A stretch of DNA of 63,987 bases, filler included, from Cirrosporium novae-zelandiae (Eukaryota): assembly GCA_026023565.1 (NCBI GenBank). It is 4 parts of 4 records of this genome, joined end to end, with 100 filler letters (N's around TTAATTAATTAA, not from the genome) between each part and the next. Parts side by side here need not be neighbours in the genome. Positions count along the whole stretch, not along the records: positions 24,500 to 48,856 come from JAPETS010000088.1; positions 48,957 to 60,290 come from JAPETS010000091.1; 2 more parts are not named here. One strand, given 5' to 3'. Both the position numbers and the translations under genes were made by a program. Every line of letters begins with the position of its first letter. The stretch's first letter is position 1. Below are positions 43,898 to 55,533 of the stretch, piece after piece. A model generated the notes under the pieces. That model searched no databases. It was not told where the DNA came from and saw only the letters and a program-made list of their open reading frames with translations.

Positions 43898-44065
43898 GTA
43901 AATGGCCCCTAAATAAAAATAGGTGGGTGGGCAAAGCAAGCTGGCACTCTTTTCTAATTTTTTTTTTTTTTATAAAGCCCCGCAAGGAGGAATGCAATTC
44001 GGATTTGTCTACTTTCTATTTTTGTGCGTTGTTTTCTCTCCCAACGGAGTTAGAAAACATGCAGG

Positions 44066-44325
44066 CGTTTTTCCCTAATTCAAAAGCAAATCTTATGGTT
44101 AAAGCAAGGAAAAATATAAGCATAATGACTAAACCATAAATTCCATTACTAGAAGCACTAACAAGATAAGGATAAACTAAAAGAATCTCTAAATCAAATA
44201 TCCTCCCCCCTCCTCTCAGCATTACTGCTGAGGAGGAGGGGGGCCCAGCATTCCATGCTTTGTTTTCTCTCCACATACCAGGCTGCAAAAAAAAAAGACT
44301 AAATTGAGTTCTATTTTGTCTTAAA
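44066..44325 (-). pseudogene. nad3: Displaced, degenerate 3' portion of nad3
   Basis: QNRTQFS...FDLEILLVYPYLVSASSNGIYGLVIMLIFFLALTIRFAFELGKNA, interrupted by GC palindromes. Confidence 0.85.
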
Positions 44326-44345
44326 CGCTGCTTTGAGTATGATCT

Positions 44346-45345
44346 CTATGAATTACCATTTTTTTTTTTTGTTATTCTATATCTGTTAGCGATTAATGTA
44401 TTACCTGTAACAGCCCTCCACAAAGTGTAAACATTAAGACTACGAGCCGTGTCCACTATAGACACGAAGTCGGTATACTTGTTAATTTGTAAATCTAGAA
44501 CTGTCACTGGTGTACCGTGGTCAGCCCCAGCAAAAAAAAATAATTTTTCCTTCTTTTTGCTTCTGCGACGAGTTAACACCGAAACCGTTTTGCCTAACAT
44601 ATTACTACTAATGAGTGCTCTAATTTCGTCAGAAACCCTCGTTCCTTTACGGGTTGTTTTCTCCGGGTGTTTTTCCAACCCCCAAACCCCCAGCCCCCAC
44701 TCTTCGAGTGGGGGCTGGGTGGGGGTTGGGGTTAGAGGGGAAAACAAGAGAAAACATCCAGCTATAATTAATATATTATATTCGGATTTAAGTTTATGGA
44801 TGTACCTCTGCTCTATCTCTAAAAATCTTTCGAGTGGTGGAACCAGCAATACTCTAAAACTACTACCCCCCCCCCTCCTCTCAGCATTACTGCTGAGAGG
44901 AGGGGGGGGGGGGCCCGGAAAATGCAGCGCATTTATAATTTAAAAGTGCACTTTTAAATCGCACTCTTGTTTCTTTTTAATTGAGCCCTTAAAAAACGAA
45001 TCTAAGGAAGTAATTACCTAGTTGTGCTCCCAGGTTAGCCGTACTACCTACATATATCTTTCCGCTAGCCTGACGACGACTTACATTTCATTAGCCCCCA
45101 CTCGAAGAGTGGGGGCTGGGTATCGTCTAGGCTGCGGAGCAGTCTCATTAATTCACATATCCTGACTTTTTGCGGTTACCTGCTATAATATCCTCTCTAC
45201 TGTCCCACGTATTTTTATAAACTTATACAGGATTAAGGTCACAACCTTTTATAGTGATAAGATTATTGGGTTTAGAGTGGTAATCTCTTTTATGTATTAA
45301 TTTACTTTGATAGGTATAGGAGCGAGTGGGGATAAAATCCCCATT
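44346..45345 (-). pseudogene. Free-standing GIY-YIG homing endonuclease relic
   Basis: PV*VYKN...NRKKSG, GKIYVGSTANLG, EIEQRYIHKLKSEYNIL, NUMOD-like tail; stops and palindromic inserts. Confidence 0.8.
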
Positions 45346-45368
45346 GCTTTTGTGAATATTAACCGCAC

Positions 45369-45824
45369 CTACCCCCAAAAATTTTGTTTTTCTTTTTTTT
45401 TTGCTGGTTGAAGAATAGAACTAGGCGTATATACATGATATATCATCCTATCTTTTACGCCTAAATATTTATCTTGACGAGAAGTAATTTTTAAAGCATT
45501 TTTTCCTAATTCAAATGCAAACCCTAAAGTTAAAGCAAGGAAAAAAATAAGCATAATTACTAAACCATAGATACCATTAGTGTAAGCACTTACAACGTAA
45601 GGGTATACCAGGAGAATTTCCAAATCAAATAGTAAAAATAAAAGAGCAAAAATAAAGAAAGAAATATTAAACTGAGTTCTTGTTTGTTGGAAGGAATGAA
45701 ACCCACACTCAAAGGCTGAATCTTTTTCCTGGTAAGGGTTATGAGGAGAAAAAATTAAATTTAAAGCTAATAAAATAAAAGCTAACAGAGGAATAAAAAT
45801 AAAAAAAAAAGTTATACTTGTCAT
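45369..45824 (-). CDS. nad3: NADH dehydrogenase subunit 3
   Basis: EKDSAFECGF, FDLEILLVYPY, FELGKNAL. Confidence 0.96.
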   Translation of the reverse strand: MTSITFFFIFIPLLAFILLALNLIFSPHNPYQEKDSAFECGFHSFQQTRTQFNISFFIFALLFLLFDLEILLVYPYVVSAYTNGIYGLVIMLIFFLALTLGFAFELGKNALKITSRQDKYLGVKDRMIYHVYTPSSILQPAKKKEKQNFWG

Positions 45825-46011
45825 ATAAAAATATATATATAGATGCTAATTTTAAGTGAATTAGTTCTGAAATCTATCCTGCTTTTGTAGGCATAGTAAA
45901 AAGAAAACAACTAAAGGCTGTTAATATAATTTAAAGCCTTTATACGTTTTTATAAAAGCAGTTTTATGAATAGATACTGATATGCTAAAATATGTATACT
46001 ATACAAATTAT

Positions 46012-47748
46012 TTAAGGGTTAAATAATAACAATGCCTGTATATTTGCTAAACTAAGTCATTCTTGAGGTGCTAGCATAAATAGTAGTATAACTAGTGTTA
46101 GCACAGAAATTGTTAGGGTTAAAGAACCAGATAATACTATATTATTATTATTAAAGCTAACTCTTGATATTTTATTTTCTTGCGTTGTTTTCTCGGAGAG
46201 AAAACATGCACAGTTTTTTCTTACAATACTTCCATATAAAGTAATCTTCTTAAAAATAGGACTTATTTCATGATCAGCTTTATCAAAGAAGATCGTTTTT
46301 ATTATACCCAGATAATATACGGCACTAATTACACTGGTAAAAATACCAATGAAAGTTAAAAAGATGTAACCACTATCTAAAGCAGCTGATAAAACCATCT
46401 GTTTAGCGAAGAATCCTATAAGAGGGGGTATCCCTGCAAAAGAAAATAGAGTAATAGCTAAACTTAATGCTAATAGAGGATTTACATAAAAATAACCCTT
46501 TAGTTGACTAATAAGTTGTATAGGAGAATTATTTTTATCTGATAGTTTATTGTATTCTTTATTATTATAAATTAAAAAATATAAGGAAAATCCTATAGTA
46601 ACCAGAATAAAAAAAGCATTTAAATTACTTAAAGAATATTGCATTAAATAAAAGATAAAAGCTTGTGTAGACTCTATACTATTTATGCTCAAGGCTAATA
46701 ATAAAAAACCTATGTGTGATATTGTACTGTATGCATATAATCTTTTTATTCTAAATTGCGTTAACCCTAAAATTGTACCGATAATTAACGATAAAAAAGA
46801 ACTTAGTAATAAACTATTTTTTCAAGTAAACTGTTGTGAAAAAAAAGAATTGGTAGTATAATGTACTAATTCTAAGAAAAAAATTAAGATAGATATCTTT
46901 GCGATTATAGCTACAAAGGTTGTAACTATAGTAGGAATTGAATCATATACGTCTGGTGATCAAAAATGAAAAGGTGCAGCACTAACTTTAAATAAAAATC
47001 CTACAGACATAATCATAAATGAAAGATGTATATAAAAAGGTTTATATCAAGATGTTATATTTTCTGCGTTAGCTAAAGGATAATTAGTTAGATCAGATAA
47101 GCTAGTTATTATATATAATCCATCAAGATTTGTAGTACCTGAGTTTGCGTATAATAAAGCAGTAGCCAACAGTATAAAACAAGATGCTAATCCTCCTAAT
47201 AAAAAATAAGTAAGACCTGCTGAAGTAGCTAATTCAGAATTTCTATACAATGTAGATAAAAGATATAAACCATAACTTTGTAATTCTATAGATAAAAAAA
47301 TGGAAACTACATCACTAGTTGAAACTAAAAAAACAGTCCCAATAATTATAAAGAGAATTATTAGAGGATACTCAAGAATTCTATATTGTTCAGCCATTTT
47401 GTTGATTATTTTTGTTCTATAAAAATTAAATAAACTAAAAATTAGTTTAAAGGGGGACGAATATTGTCTTATTCAGACTTTTCTAGGATAAAATGCAGTC
47501 AATTGTATAATAGCTGCACTAACCATAAAAATAAAGATATGAAATATTTGTGTAGTGGGAGATATTTGAAATAAACCACCGAAAAGACCAAACCCTTTCT
47601 TTAAAGGTGCAAGATATAAACTATCATAAGCAATGTATATAGAGAATAATAACAACAAAATAGCTATACGGGAATATAAGATAGTTTTATCACGTCTCAA
47701 AGAGACGGCATTAGATAATAAAATAGCAGATGTAGATGTAATTAACAT
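46012..47748 (-). CDS. nad2: NADH dehydrogenase subunit 2, intronless (code 4)
   Basis: [41 protein letters not shown]; all ORF pieces share one frame joined by TGA=Trp. Confidence 0.96.
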
Positions 47749-47749
47749 A

Positions 47750-47822
47750 AGCCAGGAGAGAAATTTGAATTCTCATTCTTAATGCATGAAATTAATGTTC
47801 TACCCTATTGAACTATCCTAGC
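47750..47822 (-). tRNA. trnM: Mitochondrial tRNA-Met (CAU anticodon)
   Basis: Anticodon arm ttaat-ttCATgc-attaa; directly upstream of nad2. Confidence 0.85.
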
Positions 47823-47829
47823 GTAAAAA

Positions 47830-47903
47830 GGAAGATACCTTGATTCGAACAGGGTACAGACTGTGCCACACACAGTTATTTTACCTGTTGAACTATATCC
47901 ACC
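47830..47903 (-). tRNA. trnH: Mitochondrial tRNA-His(GUG)
   Basis: Anticodon arm actgt-gtGTGgc-acagt, T-loop gttcgaatc; acceptor stem imperfect. Confidence 0.75.
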
Positions 47904-48204
47904 TACAAAGTTAAGGATATATACTCTTTACTAGCCCTCTCTACGGAGTATGGGGTACGGAGTATGGAGTACGGAGTACCGAAGAGAGGGAGGGCTAGTC
48001 TTATTTTTTTTTATCTTAGATAGCAACAAGGTAAGGCCTTGTTCGACTCCAAGGCCTCTTTTTCTGGTGTGCAGAAAAAAAAAGATATTTATTCCTCTGA
48101 AAGCGTGCTGCAAGGGGGGAGGGGGCAAGGCGAGGAAGATTAGTTTAAATTTTTATACCCCCCTTTTCCCCCCCAACCCCCCCCCCATGTTTTCTTCGCT
48201 TGTT

Positions 48205-48332
48205 TTTTTTAGTGTTTTTAGTGTTTTTAGTGTTTTAGTTTTTTTAGTGTTTTTAGTGTTTTTTTGTGCTTCGCACAAAAAAACAAGTGCTTCGCACAAA
48301 AAAACAAGTGCTTCGCACAAAAAACAAGTGCT
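48205..48332. repeat. Short tandem repeats (TTTTTAGTG)n and (GTGCTTCGCACAAAAAAACAA)n
   Basis: About six 9-bp units followed by about three 21-bp units. Confidence 0.8.
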
Positions 48333-48541
48333 TGTATTTTTCTGCGGAGCGGTTTTTTTTATAAGAGAAAAACAAGAAAAAACACTACAGCCCCCACCTA
48401 CCCCCCTGTTTTTCAGCCTGGCTTGTTTTCTCTTTTTTCTTGTGGGTAGGTGGGGACAGGACTTTCTTTTTCTGCAAGGGCATTCTTTTTCTGCAAAGCA
48501 AAAAGAACGGTGGAGGAGCAAGAACCTTGGTAATTATAACC

Positions 48542-48608
48542 AGGTTAGCTACGATCCGACATCTACTTTCTCGACAAGAAAGTCCTTTACCACTTAAGTG
48601 GCTAACTT
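48542..48608 (-). pseudogene. trnD: tRNA-Asp(GUC) relic with collapsed T-arm
   Basis: Intact anticodon arm ctttc-ttGTCga-gaaag and D-loop, but no paired T-stem (gtcggatcgtag). Confidence 0.6.
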
Positions 48609-48617
48609 TGTTTATAT

Positions 48618-48688
48618 TATGGCTAGCCGAATTCGAATCGACACAAATCGTTTGGAAGACGAACGGTCTACCGTTAACCTATAGCCAT
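48618..48688 (-). tRNA. trnG: Mitochondrial tRNA-Gly(UCC)
   Basis: atggctataggttaacggtagacc...ctTCCaa...ttcgaattcggctagccat cloverleaf. Confidence 0.88.
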
Positions 48689-48856
48689 TATATCTTTAAC
48701 ATAACATAGGGTCAGCCCCCCTTGTTTTCTTTGCTTGTTTTTTTTTGCCCCCCCCCCCCCGCTACCTCAGCAGTAATGCTGAGGAGGGGGGATATTAAAA
48801 GATTATATAAACCTAAGAATCCTTTAAGCCCCTAGCCCCCAAAGAAATTTTGGGGG

Positions 48857-48956
48857 NNNNNNNNNNNNNNNNNNNNNNNNNNNNNNNNNNNNNNNNNNNN
48901 TTAATTAATTAANNNNNNNNNNNNNNNNNNNNNNNNNNNNNNNNNNNNNNNNNNNN
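48857..48956. other. Artificial contig-joining spacer
   Basis: N44-TTAATTAATTAA-N44. Confidence 0.97.
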
Positions 48957-49834
48957 AGGCATTGGTAGGTGATATCCCAAAAAATTTTTACCTTTCGAAT
49001 AATTAGCTTCAGTATATCACTATCAATGACAAAGAAGTGTCATACTTCATAGAATAACAGTATTGGTGTGTAAACTAGTAACAGCGAAGAATAACTGCGT
49101 TGAATCCTTTCATCGTCTACCCAATTAGAATGCTATCACCATAGGAAAAAGATTGTCTTGCCATTGCCGTTGTTCCCAAATAGTAATATACCCAAGACGA
49201 TCAATCCAATGGCAATAAGAACGAGGATTATGCACAACAAGGGTTCTATCATTCGGTGATGTAGCTGCGGCTGCAGTTGCATAGCACTGACTAGAAGGAA
49301 GCATGTGCATAAAAAAATAACCAAAGAGAGGGCTAGGGAGAAATGACTCATGGAGGACATGTCGTCTGGAAGTTCTCTACCGAGAAATGGGGATACGGTG
49401 AGCAAAGGGTAAAAGAATTAGCAACGCATAGAAACCGGGTAACACGGTGAACGACAGCCTTGTTATTCAAAGCCTACATATATAGAAAAGAGAAAATAAA
49501 CAATGATTGCAATCGACGCAATAGTCTTTTGCCAACTTAAGATCTCGATTAGAGTCACGTATTCTAGGTATGAATACTATCAAAGATCCTCGGATAGAGT
49601 TCACATCGCCTTCATTCGGAATCAAAGGGTATGATCCCAAGTACCAACCCTCTAGCTGATGTAGAGAATGCATTACAGCATGGCTGTCAACTAGGATTGT
49701 ACGAAAAATAATGTATACGGGACAGGGGAGCTCGGTTACTACGCAAGCGTAATAGTAAAAAGAATAAACCATCCAAAGTCAGACGAATGACTAGGATGTC
49801 TAGCTTGATTAGCGTCTAAGTATGCGTGATCAGA

Positions 49835-49915
49835 ATTTGACCAGGGACAATAGTAGAACGCCAAGACTTGCTGCGAACAATTCGCAGCAAATCTTGGCAC
49901 ATCATATCAGCAACA
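49835..49915. repeat. Palindromic element copy 1 (40-bp hairpin plus flanks)
   Basis: gccaagacttgctgcgaa-caa-ttcgcagcaaatcttggc; second copy at 54746-54825. Confidence 0.85.
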
Positions 49916-50003
49916 ATGAGTCTGCCAAGCACTAGGGATTGAGTTCCAAATGATATTATTGTAACATCTTCAACTTTCAGGAATTCTAAGTATTTAAAGC
50001 ATT

Positions 50004-51949
50004 ATGGCTATTGTAAACCATCAGCAAGTTCTATTAGCATTACACATTCTCTCTAACGCATCAGAAAGGACCCTCCAAGATATCCCTAACGTGCGTTCGA
50101 CCCTGGCCATTGTCCAGAAGAAAATTGGAATCCCTCAAAAAGTTGATGTTGTGGACCGGCTGTTTGCTACTTTCGAGAAAAATTTATCTTATATTGAGGA
50201 ATATTTGAAGAAGGATGTGACTGATGCTGTGGGAACATTGGTTTGGCTTGATGAGGATCCTCGGATAGTTGAGTTTTGCATTGAGGCGAAGAAAGCTTCC
50301 AAATCAGGCACGAATAAGTTCCGGGCACACTTAGGTTGCCGATCTCTTGCTCTCGAATATGAAGATTGGGAATTGGAAAAATACAAGACCTCCAGAATTA
50401 ATCGTTTGGTGAAGAAGCTGTCGAGAGCAAATGATAGGCATGGACATGTCAAAGAATTCCTGCAGTGGGGGCACTTCAAACACCCAGTCATCGCAAAGGA
50501 CGCCTTGAACTATGGAATCAAGATCATCGTCGTGGAACGATTATATAAATGTCGTGGTATATCTCTTTTGTTGGCTTTTTCATACACGTCTTACAAATCG
50601 CTACGATATGATCAAGTCGAAAAGTTCCTTGCTTCCTTGCCCAATTTTGCCAATATCGATAAACTTGCGAAAGAGAGTTCACAGTTTATTAAAGATTGCC
50701 AACTTTATTACAATGGTAAGCTTCTCAATAGTGGTGGCCATTTCATACAGCAGGTAATGACTTGAACCAGATCTCTGCAGTCGATACTCGGAATCGGAGT
50801 CGACCCAGGAACAATCAGATACACAACATTCCCCTCAGGTTTCTACCCTAGGGTCACCTTTTCCAAGTGCCTCACTAAATTCTACGGCTGTAGCAGCTCT
50901 ATCTTCTGGTATGTCCGGTCACTTATTGAAGGCTACCGCTAATCAGTGTAGGACGAAATCAGAACTCTCAATCTACCTCCAACCCCAAACGTATCGCTGG
51001 ATCTGCAGCGGAGTCCGTTTCAAGGAAAAGGAAGAAATTAGGCGAAATTCAGCAATCATACCTGCCAGAAGACCATGGCCTCAGAGCTTTAACGGAAGCA
51101 GCCTTTCAATTCTCCCACAATGAACAGTTGAGAATAAGTGTAGATATCGACCGTGAATCTGTGAATCAACATGAGGCAGAAGAGCTGGAATCAGAAGCTA
51201 TCCATCGGGCTACTGCATCACAATATATAAGTAAGCTGAACATCGTCATTGTCATTATTCCGACTCAGGTAGCTTTTTCTGACAGATTGACCTTGAAGGA
51301 AATTATACCTTACCTTCTTCAAGCAACCCGAGCATCAATGACTCTCAAATAAGTAACGAGATACGTTCAGCCCGAGACCTGAATGAAACGGAAGGCTACA
51401 GAACAGGTAAGGCCAGCTGCCATTACTCTATTCTTATGATCCAATCTAATCCGTGTCGTTGAAGGCGGTCTGAACCGGAGCGTTGATCCTGTAGCCGATC
51501 CCAATCCTTCAGGGTTTATACAAAGAGGAGTTTCCCAAAGTTCATTGCCTCCAACAGATGTACGAGACCTTTCCCAGAATAATCTCGGTCCCTATCAGAT
51601 TGAATATCAAACCGAACTGGAACCATTTCAAACAACATCAACAAATTTATCTTCTAATGAATTAGCGAATACAATGCATACCAGCCATGGAACGACTGGA
51701 CAACAGTATAACCCTGAAAGATCACTGAGTCTTCAGATATCGCATGGTACTGCCGGTTCGAACCATCAATCAAGGGGACTTGGCAATGCTGCTTATGATA
51801 TACGACCTATAACTGGTAGTTTGGATCTGGCTTACCCAACTGGCAGTTTGGATCTGGCTTACCCAACCGGCAGTTTGGATTTGGCTTACCCAACCGGCAG
51901 TTTGGATTTGGCTTATCGGACCGGTAATTTGGATCAACTTGAGTTTTGA
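50004..51949 (+). CDS. Hypothetical multi-exon protein with C-terminal TGSLDLAYP repeats
   Basis: About 237-codon first exon, GT-AG introns near 50716, 50909, 51229 and 51407, last exon ending at 51949; exon chain approximate. Confidence 0.6.
51812..51934 (+). repeat. 27-bp coding tandem repeat, about 4.5 copies
   Basis: actggcagtttggatctggcttaccca units encoding TGSLDLAYP. Confidence 0.9.
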
Positions 51950-52131
51950 ACATTTTGTCCTGACAGACCTACTCAGGGATGTCTAGACCAGACTACTAGT
52001 GCAAATGTGATTTTAGCAATCTGATTAACTAGTCTCGTTGAAGGATAACCTTGAATCGAATATATTAGTTCAGTTGCTATGTGATTTTCAGTCTATGCCG
52101 AGAGAGTAGTCTGTATATGCCATTGCATGTA

Positions 52132-52662
52132 TTATCCTCTTTCAAAGGCCATAATCAATGCTCCAAGTTGTCCTTTTCCAGTGACTCTAAAGACAACCTC
52201 TCTGGTTACATAAAAGTAGCGAGGTTCGTTCCAGTCAATATCTTGAAAATGAGTCCCTTGAGAATCTTTTATTTTGACCTTTGCGTCTCCAACCATGGTC
52301 AGGGGGATGATGATGGTAAAATAGCGCTCCCCGACAGCCGAATCTCCCCACGAAAGTCTAACACTGTAGGAGTGGTGTAATCGTTTGGTCTCGGATGTAA
52401 TCTATACTTCTATTAGATTAATATGATGAGAATCCTGAGGATATTTCACCTTCTGATGTTCGTGCTGAAGTTTAGACACCAACTCTTCCTGAGGATCGTA
52501 TGCGAGAAGATCGAAGGGTTTGTTGGTAGGAGGGGGTAATGAAGAAATCATACATTGCTCAATATCTTTTCGTGCTTGTTCAACAAGCTCCATAAGTTGA
52601 TTCGATAGCTCCGATAGCTTTATGATCCTGCAAGGATAAAAATTCTGGCCGTCATCCGACAT
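52132..52662 (-). CDS. Hypothetical protein, about 160 aa, 2 exons
   Basis: Exon 1 MSDDGQNF...HEHQK, GT-AG intron 52449-52402, exon 2 ITSETKRL...ALIMAFERG* open for 89 codons. Confidence 0.65.
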
Positions 52663-52801
52663 ATTGTAGACCTCTGCGCAATTTTCGTCTGAGACTTATG
52701 GCGGGGTTTAGAGGGGTTGAGAACATCTAGTGATGTTTAGGCGGTAAGATTTTTCTGCCGAAAGTAGGTTATTGATAGGCACGTGACTGGAAATTAAGGT
52801 T

Positions 52802-53198
52802 CTGTTTTTTAGTGTAAGGATGTCGAGTAGAATTTCTAACCAGAAGTCCATATAACTAATTACAATCGGCACGGAAGATTCCGTACCCTTATTATAACCC
52901 TTGTAGAAAACCTGTAGTTCTATCTTTTTGGTTAGCTGTCGTCCAATTTTATGGGAGGAAAAGTTAAGTTTCTATGCAATCGTGCCTTAATGAATGTATT
53001 CTCAATATTCAATATAGAATTCTTTTAGAGAGCTCTAAGGCTCATACTTGATTAAGATGGTGGAATGATTCATAGTTGGTTAACGCGTGGTTTCTTACAT
53101 GGATATAACGATGTTTCGGCATGTTCCGTGCCAAGACTACGTGGTATAACTAATATATTTTTCATAGGATTAATTCTACATCCTTACACAAAATAACG
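52802..53198. mobile_element. MITE-like unit bounded by ~110-bp imperfect inverted repeats
   Basis: Left tgttttttagtgtaaggatgt...ggcacggaa versus right ttccgtgcc...acatccttacacaaaataac; no clear target-site duplication. Confidence 0.6.
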
Positions 53199-54166
53199 AA
53201 CGGGTGCAGATGAAAGTATTAGAGCATGCCAAGCAAAGCGCTTGCGCTTCTAGACACGCAGCACTATCCTACTTAAAAGTGAACGCTGCCTGATTTATCA
53301 GGCCAGAATTCGACTTCTGCATTTGACTTTTGCATTTACCCTACGGACATATCTAAATTATCATCATCTCTTGCATCTCGCATGCGATCCTACTGCTACA
53401 CTACTATTATTATTCCATCAGTATTACTACATAGCCATCTAGTTCCCTAGATAGTTATCCCTGCCACACCGCCTAAATTAAGCGCTGCCATAGCACTTCA
53501 GCCTTATTCTAATGGTATAATAAGTATCGTCTAGAGTTAGAGAGTATCTTGCTAACGGACACGATAGCACATATAGATACTCGAGGGTTCTTTTCCTAGG
53601 AGAACTGTTTACGTTCCAATGTTCTTTTCGAGAGTTGTTTCCTTTTCGAGAACTGTTACACGAATAATATGGGCCAAGGAATGCCAAGACGCTAGAGTAA
53701 AATATCCTCCCCTCAATATATGTATCACTATAGGCAAGATGATAACTTCAGTCAATATAATAATCATTTTTTGTTAAACCGGCCATCAAGGCCAAGATTC
53801 ATAATTCAATAAGAACAATTCACCCCTTCGGCAACGGTTCACCTCACTTGTGACTCCTTTCTCAGAAATTAAAAATCATGTATCGTAACGGAGTCTCCAC
53901 GCTAACAAAGAAAAAAATCTCGACCGCCAGCGATATGTAAGGTAGAACGACTGTTGTGGGTACCATATTAAAATATAAAGTGATATGACGTGATAAATAA
54001 TGATAGAGGCAAGTGACCTTAAATAATTCGTTAGAAATTCTGCATACTTAATACCTGCTAACTGATCTGATAGCTTAAAAGCCTAATTTTCTAACTTATC
54101 AGCCAGCCATCGACACCTCGTCAATCATAACTTTAAATATTGGCCTTTAAAGCATGGTCTTACCAT

Positions 54167-54517
54167 CTATTTATTCTCTTCAACACCCTTAATGACTTCA
54201 TCCACGTCGAATTTGTCTCCCAGACCAAACCTTATCTTTTTTCCGATGACTTGATGAGTACCCCGATGACCCCCAGTACTCCCTTTGATGAAGTCTTTCA
54301 CGGTTTGGTCAGTCGTTTGACTGTTAGCCTGTATGATTCCTGTAACCATGCTAGGATCTTGAGTATTTTTATGCACATCAAGTCGTAAGTCTTGGGTTTT
54401 TACAGCGGTTTTCGAAGTAGTGGCGTCTGCGAACTGGAGGGTTTTGAGTGCATCTGCATTCTCTCGAATTTTCTTGGAGAGCGCATCGAAGGCCGTTTTT
54501 GAAATTTTTGATGACAT
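54167..54517 (-). CDS. Small hypothetical protein, 116 aa
   Basis: MSSKISKTAFDAL...IIQANSQ...GHRGTHQVIG...EENK*; probable 5'-UTR intron near 54525-54572. Confidence 0.7.
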   Translation of the reverse strand: MSSKISKTAFDALSKKIRENADALKTLQFADATTSKTAVKTQDLRLDVHKNTQDPSMVTGIIQANSQTTDQTVKDFIKGSTGGHRGTHQVIGKKIRFGLGDKFDVDEVIKGVEENK

Positions 54518-54745
54518 AATGCACCTAAACATCTTTTAGTTAATCTATGTTACTCAATGGAAGTGAACATACTTAAATAAACGGTTTGGAATTTGTTGGG
54601 TTCTCAAGAACGGGAGCAAATCTTTGGAATTCAGGTCAACTAAAGGCTCCTTAACTTCTTGGATTAGGAAGAAATGGCTTGGATTATTTCTATAACTAGG
54701 GGGATTCTAGCAGCTTATACAGATTTCTTGCAACGAACTGTTATA

Positions 54746-54825
54746 CCTTGACTGGGAACAATAGTAGAATGCCAAGATTTGCTACGAATTATTCGCAGCA
54801 AATCTTAGCATATTTTATCAACAGT
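54746..54825. repeat. Palindromic element copy 2
   Basis: gggaacaatagtagaatgccaagatttgctacgaattattcgcagcaaatcttagca matches 49843-49899. Confidence 0.85.
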
Positions 54826-55199
54826 AACAGTATCTAACAATAATTCACACCGACCTAATAGTCAGTATTGAACTCGAAAGATAGAGCCAAGCTCAAACTT
54901 GGTGGTAGACTCGAAAATCAGTACCAGGCTCTATATTAAAAATAACCAATCGTAAAGGCTAAATTTAATATATCCAAAGCTTCTGACGTGGCGTTAAGTT
55001 ACTCGAAGAAATATAGGGTGCATTGACTATGCATGTGAACCTTCAAAGGTATTATTCACAACAACAAACAATATATAACGTCCTCGGGGTTGTTGTGGTG
55101 GTAATCAGGGGTATATTTCTAATGAGGTGTGGTGTGCTAATTTTAGACTAATATTGTTTGTTTATTTGCTTATTTATTCTATTTACAAAGGCCTAGACT

Positions 55200-55317
55200 T
55201 GTGGGTTGGAGCAAGGATTATAATGATGCTCCGGAAGGTTCCGTGCCAAGACTAGATAGATAGTATAATCAGCATATTTTTCATAGTTTCAATTCAACAT
55301 CCTTACACAAAATAACA
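55200..55317 (+). repeat. ~115-bp dispersed repeat, direct copy 2
   Basis: gcaaggattataatgatgctccggaaggttccgtgccaagactaga...catccttacacaaaataaca. Confidence 0.88.
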
Positions 55318-55533
55318 GACTAATCCGTCATCCAAACGTGACCCACCTTCTTGGCTACCTTATATTCCTTGGCAGTAATAGATAGATAATTAAATCATTC
55401 GCCCACTGTCTTAGTAGTCTCAAGGGGAATAAAGGATATAATAAACTTGAACATTGTTTACTATTAGGCTTCTGGAAACCGCCTATATTGAACTTGAGTT
55501 TATTCAAGAAATATCTCTAACAATAGGTCAACC

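Noticed and set aside
48205..48332. CRISPR-like array (also considered for 51812-51934 and 4784-4866)
   Set aside because: Head-to-tail tandem repeats without unique spacers, eukaryotic context, no cas genes
47931..48709. ORFs of 215, 122 and 89 aa upstream of nad2
   Set aside because: Built from simple repeats, homopolymers and antisense tRNA sequence
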